A stretch of 64,000 nucleotides of DNA. It comes from Octopus vulgaris (taxonomy: Eukaryota). Position numbers and translations under genes: made by a program. Under the pieces are notes generated by a model, which saw nothing but the letters and a program-made list of their open reading frames with translations, was not told the origin of the DNA and searched no databases. Where the stretch lies: NCBI GenBank assembly GCA_951406725.2, contig OX597824.1, forward strand, positions 63,860,001 through 63,924,000, written 5' to 3'. Each line of letters starts with the position of its first letter. Within the stretch, counting starts at the first letter, position 1. Shown piece by piece: positions 28,946 through 41,932 of the stretch.

Positions 28946-29599
28946 AAGACTCAAAAAGAAACCAACAGTGATTATAGAATAATTTGCAAATATAAGCTAA
29001 GCTAGATAAACAAGATGAGGAAATAAGACGAAAAGCACCAAAAACCGTCGCAATAACACTTTGGAAAATAGTTGAATAATACAAATGGAAACAGAGGATA
29101 GGTGTTATTTATCGGATGTATTTATGAGGAAGTTTAACTTACATATTAACTAAATGGATAAATGGACGGATGAATAATTCAGTAAGTGAAAAGATTAACT
29201 AAATAGACAGGCAGATGACAGAGTTAATATTTAATTAACCTGGTATTAAGTGGGATAAGGTAGGTGACGAAATATCGAGAATGCAGCTGATGAGGGAAGA
29301 AAATATGAGATTGAGGAATATCTGAAAGCTACACACGTTTAGAATGAAGGTGATTAGGGAGCAGTCACTCGTGGATCAGGGGATTAATTAGTTCCTTAGG
29401 TGCAATGCTAGGTGCTCATTACTCCTAATTATCTACTAATGCCTGCTAATAATATCCACCACCTTCAATTCCAACTAGTGGTATCTTCAATAGTTCCTTA
29501 TGTTCCAACATTATTGCATCTTACCCCAATACATATTTCACCTATTTCTGATTAATCTCTATCCAGTTATTTAAACTTATTACTATTGGTTTTAGATCT

Positions 29600-30168
29600 T
29601 GACACAAGACCAGCAATTTCGGGGATGCGAGTAGATCAGTTACACCGACTTCAGTCCTCAACTGGTACCTATTTTATCGTGTCTGAAAGATCGGATGGTA
29701 AAATCGACTTCGACGCAATTTGAATTCAGAATATAAAGCTGGACGAAATACCTATTTCTTTACTACCCACAAGGGGCTAAACACAGAGGGGACAAACAAG
29801 GACAGACAAACGGATTAAGCCGATTATATCGACCCAGTGCGTAACTGTTACTTATTTAATCGACCCCGAAAGGATGGAAGGCAAAGTCAACCTCGGCGGA
29901 ATTTGAACTCAGAACGTAGCGGCAGACGAAATAACTATTTCTTTACTACCCACAAGGGGCTAAACACAGAGAGGACAAACAAGGACAGACAAACAGATTA
30001 AGTCTATTATATCGACCCCAGTGCGTAACTGGTACTTAATTTATTGACCCCGAAAGGATGAAAGACAAAGTCGACCTCAGTGGAATTTGAACTCAGGACG
30101 TAATGGCAGACGAAATACGACTACGCATTTCGCCCGGCATGCTAACGTTTCTGCCAGCTCGCCACCTT
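29600..30168 (-). mobile_element. Tandem family A SINE array
   Basis: Three successive core units ending in one head. Confidence 0.75.
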
Positions 30169-30271
30169 TTTAGTAAATACATAATACAATTATTAACTTA
30201 TACATTTAACGATTTTGTGAACTTTTTTAAAGTTAAGTATTGTGTTTTATCTCCCCCACCTCTCTCAGTTC

Positions 30272-30379
<108 letters not shown>

Positions 30380-30609
30380 GTTCTTATTTTACACGATACC
30401 TGGAATTCCGTAATTTGGATGTGGAACTTAAAGTGGGCCGTGATGCTGCATAACGGTGTACGTCTGTATGTGATTTTACTTATACAAAGATATTTACATC
30501 GATGAGTATAAAAGAAGTGTTCATGTGCATGTGTATGTAAGTGGTAGGACGAGTCCGTATGTACATTAATATATGCGTGAGTGTCCACATATACTATTGC
30601 TACACGGAT

Positions 30610-31247
30610 TTAGTTGCCTTCGCGAGTCATACTGACTCTTTAGGGCCAATTTCTCGGTTTCCCTGGTGTATACATTCCCCACCTGAACGGGACGCCGAGC
30701 CGTCGCAAGATTGCTAATTTTTGCCAGTTGGGTGGACTGGACCACCGTGAAATGAAGTGTTTTGCTCAAGAGCACAACGCGTCGCCCAGTCCAAGAATCG
30801 AAACTGCAATCTTACGATCATGTGCCCAACACCTTAACCACTAAGTCACGTGCCTCCACAGATACACGGGTAGGTTATTTTCTTGATCCTAATCTGGTGC
30901 ATTTATTATTAAAATATCTCGATTCAATTGGATCATGCAAGTTGCTGCAAAGACGCCCTTCGGTCATGACTGACCATGGGATTGCACCTAGAAAGCCACC
31001 CTCCCAGGCTCAAGTCCAAGCAAGGTAGTTTACGGAAGACCAGCAGTCGCCCATACATACCGGCCTCCCCTCTCCACGATACAGGTTGGCACCTGTGATG
31101 TCGCAACTCATTTCTAGAGCTAAGCGAACTGGAACAACATGAAATGCAGTGTCTTACTCAAGAACACAACACACAGCCCGGTCCTGGATTCGAACTCACA
31201 ACCTCACGATCGTAACGACGCTCTAACCACTGAGCCATGCGCCTTCA
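30610..31247 (-). mobile_element. Two family B-type SINEs (30610-30858 and 30955-31247)
   Basis: tRNA-like heads; similar to the 6205 and 7186 copies. Confidence 0.7.
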
Positions 31248-32214
31248 CATCATACAAGTAATTAATTATATATTCACATATATCAATACAATATATAATA
31301 TGCACGCACACACATGTAACTACACGGCTTGTATTTACTTTCTTTTAGGTGTCATCACTAAGACCATAGTGGAGCACCGCCCGATGCATGTGTGTCAATA
31401 TATACGAGTGCGTTCATGTATCTCCCTCTCTCTCTTTCTTTCTTTCTTTCTCTTTTACTATCTTCCCACTTTTAGTATTCTCTATTTCTGTGCTTGTATC
31501 TCTCTCTCTCTGTTTCTGTCCCATTTTCTATCTCTCGCCCCTTTCTCTCTCTTTCTGCCTAAGCGTGTGAAGGTCGGTGTACGGATGTACATTAGCAAGA
31601 GAGTATGTGTCTTCCATCACGTTGAAATGGTGAACATGTCAGCAGGAAATCTCTAAGATAAGATAAGAACTGAATAGAAAATAACATGGGAGAATATTTA
31701 CAGATATGTCTGCTGTGGAGTCGCTCTCTAACTTGGAGCGAAAGAGTGTTATGATGTATTTGGTGGCATCTCGGATGTGTACACAGAGTAGGACTAAATT
31801 TGGTAACTTCAGTGACGGTAAAATATCGGTGTGGGTTGGGCGCATCAGGTACAGGGTTAACCCAAAACAACATCTTGTCAATTTGCACCCCAGTTGTTTT
31901 CACTTTGCTAATAGCTCTGCCGAAATCGGTACACACACCTACACACATGCACTCACATGAACACGTGCGCACACAAATCTATATATATATATATATAAGG
32001 CTAAAGTTAATCTAAGAAGCCGTATGCAATGTTTTACCAAAAAGGAAAACTATAATTATCACTAGATATGACTACGGTATTAGAACACGTACACTGCTAG
32101 AAATAAGAGCTAAAAAGCTCTAATGGTGTAGTTAAAGCACATAATTGTATACATATATACTGACAGGGAGTACATTGTACATAATATATACATATGTGTG
32201 TGTGACATAAAACG

Positions 32215-32810
32215 AGCATTTTCAGGAGAGAGGCTAGGTCGATCAGCCCGACCCCAGTGCTCAGTTGATACTTATTTTATCGACCCCGAAAGGATGAAAG
32301 GCAAAGCCAACCGCAGTGGAATTTGAACTCATAACGTAAAAACGGATTAAATGCCACTAAGCATTTTGCCCACCGTACTAACGATTCTGCCAGCTCACTG
32401 CCTTAATGTGAACGTAAAAATTTTTTTTTCTTTTTTGCTCTAGGCAGAAGGCCCGAAATTTTGGGGGAGGGAGGCTTGTCGATTAGATCGATCCCCAGTA
32501 CGCAACTGGTACTTAATTTATCGACACCGAAAGGATGAAAGGCAAAGTCGACCTCGGTGGAATTTGAACTCAAAACGTAAAGATAGATGAAACATCGCTA
32601 AGCATTTCGCCCGGCGTGCTAACGTTTCTTATCTCTTTACTGCCCACAAGGGGCTATACACAGAGGGGACAAACAAGGACAGACAAACGGATTAAGTCGA
32701 TTATATCGACCCCAGTGCGTAACTGGTACTTATTTAATCGACCCCGAAACGATGAAAAGCAAAGTCGACCTCGGCGGAATTTGAACTCAGAACGTAGGGG
32801 TAGACGAAAT
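32215..32810 (-). mobile_element. Cluster of family A SINEs
   Basis: Three GAAAGGATGAAAGGCAAAG-type cores. Confidence 0.75.
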
Positions 32811-33489
32811 AATCACTTCTAGATAATTCATGGTAGCGTGAGAAGTTTGGATTTTAAATTGGAGAGTGACGTACGAGACACAGAATACGCGTATTTAACA
32901 CAAGGCCTTAAATATCATAATCATCGGTACCCAACCATCTATAACCTCATTTGCAAACACTCTAATACTGATATGTGTCTGTCTGTCCGTCTGTCTACCT
33001 CTGTGTGCGTGTGTGTACGAGTAGATGAATGTCTGTGTGTTTGAGTGCCAAACGTTTGTCTTGAGGCTCTATCGACGCTCCCGATGCAACACTGCTTTGC
33101 TACAACCCATCGTGTAATAAAGCGCACCAAAGAACAAACTGGAGCCAATGACAGTAACTTTATATGAATACTCGACATGCTAATGATAGCAGCTATTTTG
33201 TTTTTAAAGTTTGAGGCACATTATGTTAGAGTGAAAGGGCGCACCCAAGTGGCTTGGCTGTTTGAGTAATGATCATAAGGTGATGGGTTCGCTTCTCTGA
33301 CAAGAGGCGCGTTGTGTGCCGTTAGGATACTGGCTTTCATTGTAGCCCTATTGTATTCTAGGTGTATAAGGACGGAGAGGGTTTGTATGTCTGTTGGCCA
33401 CTAGTTAGCCTTCTAAAACAATTAGTGGGAGCATATTACATATTGAGAAGTAACCGCTAACTCTGTACTATGTAAGCATTATCTGAATA

Positions 33490-33845
33490 CAGTATGACCC
33501 CTAGCTGTATACCACGTGACCACTGTATACCACATGATACTAACTGCATATCACATGATTGCTAGTTGTATACCATGTGACCGCTGGCTGTGCTCCATAT
33601 CACCGCTAGTCATATACAATGTGACCGCTAGGTGTATAGCATGTAGCTCTTAGCTGTAACCCATGTGCTCGATGCGGAAAACCATATGAGCGTTTGCTAT
33701 ATACCATGTGACCACTGACTGAGAATCATGTGACCTCTAGCTGTACACCATGTCACCGCTAGCTCAATACTGACTGACCACTAACGTTTGCTATATACCA
33801 AGTTACCGCTAACTACATACTACGTGACCGCTAGCTGTATACTAT
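33490..33845. repeat. Degenerate ~21-22-bp minisatellite
   Basis: Consensus CCATGTGACCGCTAGCTGTATA, roughly 15 units. Confidence 0.8.
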
Positions 33846-33925
33846 GTTTGAAAACATGGAGAGCTCATAGCTGATATGCGTTTTATCATAGAACCCATTC
33901 GAGTAGGATTGACTTAAGAACTAAG

Positions 33926-33960
<35 letters not shown>

Positions 33961-34848
33961 GCGGCGGCGGCGGAAAAAAGCGAAATCAACAACAACACTA
34001 ACAAATGTGCGAACTCTGAAACTCGTCGAATAACAAATCTAGTTTACTAATAAGGCTACTGGCCTTTCTCCGGAAAACATGTACGATTGTAATAGATTGG
34101 AAACCTGCAGAGACATACAATTGATAATGTGAATTACATTGCCAATGTTTCACGCAGTAAAGTAGATTTAAATAACACCAGAGATTACATCTAATGTTTC
34201 AGATATTACTTTGTTATATCGTTTCATTTATTCTGCCTTGTTTACTAATCAAATGCTACTTCTACTTTTACTTTTTGCTGCTCTGTATTGCTGTTATTCG
34301 TATGTAGCCGTTAAATAGTTCCTGGGCAGTCTTTATCCAACTGACGTATGGCTAAAGATCTTCTAGCATCTAGCTGCTGTGGTTCCGTTTTCTTTTGCTC
34401 TCTCTTTCTCATTTGTTTTTTGTTGTACATTTTGTGTGTATATATTTAAGGCGCTATAGTTTCTAATCTGTCTTCATTTTTGACAGTAGATGTGTTTTAA
34501 GGGAGATCTATTTGCTATTTTTATCAAGTCAAATCAAACAAGAAGGGACATTTTTGTTCGTGTATTCCATATTGATATAGTGAAAACAACGCTCATTTAT
34601 ATACACACAGATACATACGCATTCATAAACAGACATGAAGGCATAAATAAAAAAAACACAGACACAAATACACACCAAAATACCCACGCAAACACATGCA
34701 AACACACATTGGCAGCAAAACACACACACAGATATACACACAAACACGCAGACTCAACACCAAATTCACATCTGCACACACAAATATACCAACACACATA
34801 CATATACGTGCGGTCGCAAAAAGGCAAATAGGGGCTTGGGACAAAACA

Positions 34849-34945
34849 GCCAATCAGGAAGCATTGTAAGAAAATTACTTCCTAATCAAGCTCATAATTC
34901 TCTGATTTATCATTTACTGGTCAGTCTTCCGCCCCGCTCCTGCCC
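34849..34945. promoter_or_regulatory. Possible promoter-like segment (CCAAT box and GC box)
   Basis: AGCCAATCAG and CCGCCCCGC in unique sequence; motif-only evidence. Confidence 0.2.
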
Positions 34946-35167
34946 TACCAGAGCCGTTTTCCCCTTTTTTCTTTTTTACAGCAACAATAATTACATCTAT
35001 TTTTGTATTTGTATTTCTTTTTTTTATTATTATTTTAGGAATAATGAGAAAAACAGATATGGATGGGAAACCAAAACAAGAAAATGCATGTAAAATGAGC
35101 CAAGGAACCAATTCTTTGTACATCTCAAATATCGCTATAACATAACATTTCCATTGTTATTATATAT

Positions 35168-36035
35168 AAGGCGATGAGCTAGTAGAATCGTTAGCACTCT
35201 GGACAAAATGCTTAGCAGTATTTTGTCCGTCTTTACGTTCTGAGTTCAAATACCACTGAAGTCGAGTTTGCCTATCAGCATTTCGGGGTCGATAAAACAA
35301 GAACCAGTTGAGTACTAGGGTCGATATAATCGAATTCACCCCTTTCCCGAAATTTCTGTCGCTGTGTTAAAATTTGAAACAGTTATTATTATCTTCCTGT
35401 AAGGAGACGAGCTACCAAAATCGTTTGCACCCTGGACAAAATGCTTAGTAAGCGTTTCGTCCGTCTTTACGTACTGAGCTCAAATGTGGCCGAGATCGAC
35501 TTTGCCCTTCAGGCTCTCGAGGTCGATGAAATAAGTACCAGCACTAGGGTCGATATTATCGATTAGATACTTCGCCTGAAATGCTGGCATTGTGCCGAAA
35601 TTTGAAATCATTATAATTATTTTCCCATAAGGCGACGAGTTGGCAGAATTGTTAGTATCCTGGCCAAAATGCTTAACGGCATTTCGTCCGTCCTTACGTT
35701 CTGAGTTCAAATGCTGTTGATGTCGACTTTGCATTTTCATCCTTTCGGATTCGATGACATCGATTTATCCCTATCCTGCAAAATTTCAAGACTAGTAGAA
35801 AAGAATTGTTTCTTTTCCTTTAAAGAGGCGAGCTGGCAGAATCGTTTCTGCATCAGAAAAAAATGCTTAGAGGTCGTTATTTCAGGTCTTTACGTTTTGA
35901 GTTCCAATAACGCCGAGGTCGACTTTGCTTTCATTCTTTCGAGATCGATAAAACCAATACCAGTTGAGCACTGGAGGACGATATAATTAATTTATGCCTT
36001 TCCCAAAAATTACTGGCCCTTTGCCACAATTTGAA
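35168..36035 (+). mobile_element. Four head-to-tail family A SINEs
   Basis: Heads near 35168, 35401, 35629 and 35824. Confidence 0.75.
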
Positions 36036-36037
36036 TA

Positions 36038-36107
<70 letters not shown>

Positions 36108-36356
36108 GTTATTATTATTATTATTAAGACGACGAGCTGGCACTGACTTTGCCCGATTTTCACCATGCTTGTTCTTAAAGTAAGTTCTCTGTAGCTTCCG
36201 GGATCATTTAACTTCTATCTCTAGCAAAGCTGGTACTCTTCCAGTACCATTATCTTATATATATATATATTATTGTAAAATTACGTATTTTTATATATAT
36301 TTATATTTTCTTATAAGATTATAAACGTTTATTTATTCAATTATTTTATTTATCTT

Positions 36357-36440
36357 GGACCTGAAGAGAGACTATATTTAAATTGATTTCATTTTACAGT
36401 GATCTGTTTCAAAATATAGCCACAAAACACGTGTAGTCTT
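36357..36440 (+). ncRNA. Degenerate hammerhead motif in an AT-rich insertion bounded by (TA)n
   Basis: GGAC-CTGAAGA-GAGACTATATTT...AAATATAGCCAC-AAAA(GAAA mutated)-CACGTG-TA-GTCT. Confidence 0.45.
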
Positions 36441-36789
36441 TTTACCAATTATATACTTTTTATTTATTATTTTGTATTTTACTTAATTATTGGTATATGT
36501 TTTATCGTATATTTAATGTGTTTTTCTATATGGTATAATTTAATTATATTATTGTTATTTCATGGTTGAATTGCTAAAAGTTGTTCTTCTCTAATTTATA
36601 TACATATATATATATCTATAAATATATATATATATATATAATATGATGGTACTGGAAGAGTACCAGCTTTGCTAGAGATAAAAACAACAGTAGCATCATC
36701 CTCCATGGGGCCGCTACATCTAGTTGGCAATTATATTTTACGATTCCAGACTGCTACTGTTTACTTCTCACTCATAGATTTAATGTTGC

Positions 36790-36912
<123 letters not shown>

Positions 36913-37865
36913 TACATACATACATACATACATACGTCGGACTTATTTCACTCCACTCACAGGCTTTGGTCAGTCTGGAGCAATAATAGAAGACACTTGC
37001 CTAAGGTGCCAAGGAGTGAGACTCAACCTGGACCCATGTGATTGGGAAGAAAGTTTCTTACCACATAGCCAAGACTGCACCTATCTCCTTAGCTGAGATC
37101 TCACCGAGATCAACGTTTCCTTCTATTGTTTCAGAATGAATACAATAAAACACCATTCAAGTACTACGCCTCAAATTGGTCAACAAAATACCAACCACCT
37201 AAACTCGTCTTCTGCCAAAATCTGAAAGCATTATTATCTTTCTACCGATGCCCGTTCACCTTTTCTATAATCATTTTTCTTTCTCCTTCTTAAATCTCTT
37301 CTCCTCTTCCTACAACTACTACTCCTAATTCTCTATTATCCAATTTCTATATCTTTCTGTGAAGGCGCGTAGCTTTGTGGTTAGAATATGGGTTCACGAT
37401 CGGAGAGTCGTGAGTTCAATTCCCGGTGATGTGATATGTCCTCGAGCAAAACACTTTATTTCACATTCTTCCGGTCCATTCAACTGGCAAAAATGTGTAC
37501 TACCTGTATTTCAAAGGGCCAGCCTTGTCACACTCTGTGTCACGCTAAATGCCCCTGAGGGCTATGTTAAAGGTAAATGTGTCATTGGAATACTCAGCCA
37601 CATGCACGTTTATTTCACGAGCAGGCTGGAACCCTCGTCGTCGTTCTAAGGGGACAAAATAACAAGTAATCTAGTGGCGGTAGTTTTTAACATCTCCGGA
37701 ACTCGGACCTATATTTTTTGTTAGAATCTCTAGAGGACCAACGAGGTCTGTGCGAGGAATTTATTCAAAGAAAACTGAATAGAAACCCAATTGTATGTTT
37801 GTGTATGTGTGCGGTCCCCACATACACACACGAACAAATAAAAATGTACATATGAGAATGTATAC

Positions 37866-37896
<31 letters not shown>

Positions 37897-37946
37897 AATC
37901 CTTAAATCCTTTAAAATGTTTTAGCCCGAAGGCCGCGGCCATGCTG

Positions 37947-37994
<48 letters not shown>

Positions 37995-38014
37995 GTATAT
38001 ATACATATATATAT

Positions 38015-38050
<36 letters not shown>

Positions 38051-38402
38051 GTATACACATACATATATGTGTTTAGGCGTGTGCCATTCATTCATACATT
38101 ATTTCTTTATTTCCTTCTTTCTTGTCAATTATTTACCAACTTCTTCAGTGGAATGAATTTAAACCCATTACCTATTCAGAGTTAAGTGGTTTGAGCTGAT
38201 GAAAGCTTAATGTATTTGTCATTGGAATACACAACTCCGCATGCATTGTTTGGTTGGTGGGTGGGAAATACGATACAGGGATAACTAATTGCATTGAAAC
38301 AAAAACTTACAAAGTGAATATGTTGGTGCAACAATAACTGTGATTTTTACCCACTTTTTCAAACATTATGAATGTTATCTGAGAGAAATAATTGTGCATT
38401 AT

Positions 38403-38559
38403 AGGTGCAATCGTGGGTAAAACGTTTGCTTCCCAGCCAAATGGTTCCAGGTTCATTCCCACCATGTGACACCTTGCGTGAGTGTCTTCCACTATAACAT
38501 CAGGCTGAACAAAGCCATGTGAGTGGATTTGGTAGATGGAAACTGATAGAAGCCTGTCA

Positions 38560-38605
<46 letters not shown>

Positions 38606-38768
38606 CGCAGGTGTCGCTGTGTGGTAAGAAGCTTGCTTCCCAACCACATGCCTCTGGGTTCAGTCCTACTACATGGTACCTTGGGCAAGTGTCTTTTACT
38701 ATATCCTTGGGTCAGCCAAAGTCTTGTGAGTGAATTTGGTAGACAGAAACTGAAAGAAGCTTGTCGTA
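38403..38768 (+). mobile_element. Two family C SINEs, CpG-decayed
   Basis: Match the reverse complement of 9998-10161 with CG to TG/CA changes. Confidence 0.75.
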
Positions 38769-38770
38769 TA

Positions 38771-39103
38771 TAGTTGAATAAAGTTAAAACATGATCTGGT
38801 TTTCACGTTTTTTTTATGGTATTTTAACATGAAAAAATAAATTTGTAATGTTCATAAAATTCAATTAGCGCTGATTGGTCTGCTGCATGCTGATTGGTCA
38901 AAATCGTATTCCAAAAATTCAGTTTGTTGGAGCATTCTAAGAGGTACTAAAGTTGTCAAGAACTCAACTGTCAGTTAAATACATTTTAAAATATGATGTT
39001 TACTACGAACATATGAAAACACTAATTACAAAATATTTTTTAATGTTAAAATACCATAATAAAAAACTTGAAAACCAGACCATGTTTTGACTTTATTCAA
39101 CTG
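38771..39103. mobile_element. MITE with ~78-bp TIRs
   Basis: AGTTGAATAAAGTTAAAACATGATCTGGTTTTCA... versus ...TGAAAACCAGACCATGTTTTGACTTTATTCAACTG. Confidence 0.75.
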
Positions 39104-39138
39104 ATATATTATTCTATTCACATTCACACAAATTCGGA

Positions 39139-39201
<63 letters not shown>

Positions 39202-39202
<1 letters not shown>

Positions 39203-39420
39203 ATGAGGGTTTGCTGAAAAGTTCCTGGCTTTTGGTAAAAGCAAAAGCAAATACAGGAGGGTCAGCTAATTATGATTTTATTTAACTTACTCCTCTCTCA
39301 GATTTACACACTTATTGCAGTATTCCTTCAGTTTTTCTAAGCCCTGTAGAAGAACTCGAAACGTTGGGCCTCTGATCAGGCCTTTCATAATACACTTAAA
39401 GCCCAGGAACCTTTCAGCAA
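39202..39420 (-). mobile_element. Mariner 3' end fragment
   Basis: TIR-like TATGAGGGTTTGCTGAAAAGTTCC; minus-strand GLEKLKEYCNKCVNLREE resembles a mariner transposase C-terminus. Confidence 0.6.
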
Positions 39421-40377
39421 CCCTCGGCAATGTATATAAATGACAAGGGACTGGGAGTTGTGGTGAATTGCTGTACTTGAGAAGATACACCAAGCCACGT
39501 AAAATTGCTGTCATCCATCCATACATACATACATACATACATACAGGCTTGTCTTTTACAGATGCGAGTGCCATGTAAAATGCACATGAGCAGATGCTGC
39601 ATAAACGCAACCATGCTGGTAGCACATAGAGAGCACCCAGTACACTCTGTAAAGTAGTTGGCATTAAGAAGAGCATCCTGCTGTAGGATCATGCCACAAC
39701 AGACAACTTGGAGTCTGGACAGCTTCCCAGCTGACCAACTCCTGTCAAACCGTCCAACCAATGCCAGCATAGAAAATGGATGTTGAATGATGATGATGAT
39801 ATATTTCAAAATTTTTCTTCAAGTCATCAGCCCTGTGATCTGTTCTTGATGTCAGATTATTCCCCACTTCCATCGTGTATATGGGGGTGTTCTCTTTGAT
39901 TCATGCTTGTAGCATTTATTATTTTTTATAGTAATATGTAAATGGCTTTTTGGGTTTCTTAGAAACTGGTGATGTTCTGCACTGGTGAAAATCAGAAAAA
40001 TATGAAAGTTTATTTGTCTTGAGGAGTGTAGAATGTAATGGTCCTTCACATGTTTTGTTTGTGTGTGGGCGAAGAAAATAAATAAAAACTTAAGTCGAAG
40101 AATTGATTTGGTAAGGAGAGGGATGGTTAAGCAAGTGGTATGAATGAGTGAGAAATCAAAGACAGGCAAGTGGATAGGTACAATATCGCAAAAAACTATT
40201 CATAGAGGTACAGATGCAAATCGCATTGTAGTAGGGTGGATGGAGAAGAATAGGGAGTGGCATAGGAATAACACTTGAAAGAATCACACTAACATATATA
40301 CAGCTACAGTGATATAGTGAATTATTGTTGGGTATATTTAAGAGATGAGGAATTATGTACATTATTTACATTATTTA

Positions 40378-40523
40378 CGTTATATACATTTGACGGATAC
40401 TTGTCCTCATCTTGTTTGTTATTAACACAACATTTCATCTGATATACCATCCAACCTTCATCAGGTGCCTTGAGGAAATTTCAAACCTGGGTTCTCATTC
40501 CGAAGGTATTTTTTATGTTATTG

Positions 40524-40611
<88 letters not shown>

Positions 40612-40784
40612 CATCATTTAGGTCACTGCTTAGAATCGAACTTGGAATCTTGGGGTTAAGAGCGCGGGCTACTAACCCCAAGATTCTGAGTTCAATTCTA
40701 AGCAGTGACCTAAAAAAGAAGAAGAAGAAGAAGAAGAAGAAGAAGAAGAAGAAGAAGAAGAAGAAGAAGAAGAAGAAGAAGAAG

Positions 40785-40819
<35 letters not shown>

Positions 40820-40995
40820 AAACAACAACAACGACGACAACAACAACAACAACATTGAAAAATACCTTAGGAATGAGAACTCAGGTTCGAAATTTCCCCA
40901 AGATACCTGATGAAGGCTGGAGGGTATATCAGCCAACACGTTGTGTTAACAATAAACAAGATGAGGACAAATATCCGTCAAATGTAAATAATGTA
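40378..40995. mobile_element. Fold-back (inverted pair) of a tRNA-headed element with a hammerhead-like tail
   Basis: 40378-40660 is the reverse complement of 40668-40995 apart from microsatellite drift; single copy at 50871-51040. Confidence 0.75.
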
Positions 40996-41151
40996 TTTGT
41001 TTATCATTTGTCATACGTAGATAAGAGATGATCTACCTGATTAATTCTCTTTGACCTGTTACTTCTTTTATGTTATGCAACACCCTACTTTTTATCAAAT
41101 CAGCTCAGGATACTTCTGTTAACCCACATAATGGGTTCAATAATTATCCAT

Positions 41152-41289
41152 TTTAAAAAGAGATCATTAATGATTTCTGTAAAATAATTATTTACATCTT
41201 AAAAGAGATCATTAATGATATCTGTAAAAAGAATTATTTACATCTTAAAAGAGATCGTTAATGATATCTGTAAAAAGAATTATTTACAT
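41152..41289. repeat. 3 x 46-bp tandem repeat
   Basis: TTAAAAGAGATCATTAATGATATCTGTAAAAAGAATTATTTACATC. Confidence 0.9.
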
Positions 41290-41932
41290 AAATCATAATG
41301 ATTACACACACAGGCGTAGTCTTCCAGCATTATAGTTAATTCATTTGAAATGAGAGTTATTCTACATGAATCAACAAACACCATTCATTTGAAGTTAATG
41401 TTAGTTGTGTATATGACTTTTCTGAAGAATAAGTCTCCCTATATAGTGTTCACAGAAACAATTTGACAACCCGATTAGGATCATCGTCATCATCATCATC
41501 ACAAATTTTTTCATTCTCATTGTAATTTTTAACACCAACATTCTCCTCATCAGAATGATCATTATAATTTTCATTGTCATGATCACCCTCATCATTACTA
41601 TCATGGTAGCAATCATTATTTCTATATTCAACACAAATGATTTTTTTTTTTCGTTTTTTTTTTTGTCTTTACCTCACTGCAATATCCACAGAATTGACTG
41701 ATATTAGAATCTTAGCCTTATTTTTGCTTCCATTATCCATTCTTTTCTAGGAAAGAAAATCTATTGTCTCTTTTAGCATGGTCATGAGACTGTTTTTGCT
41801 TGTAAACAAGGAGAGAGAGAGTGTGTGTATGTGTGACTATGTATGTGTGCACGTGTGCATAATTGAAAAATTATGTAGTATTAGTTTGTCTTAGTTGAAA
41901 TCTGTGTTGTCAATATCACATATGTTGTTGGT

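Noticed and set aside
31706-32015. Non-repetitive short ORFs
   Set aside because: No recognisable domain or convincing splice signals
33490-33845. CRISPR-like periodicity (also 41152-41289)
   Set aside because: Contiguous tandem units without unique spacers, no cas genes, eukaryotic DNA
36143-36152. Antioxidant response element TGACTTTGC upstream of Srx
   Set aside because: Probably derived from the adjacent family A SINE motif GTCGACTTTGCC
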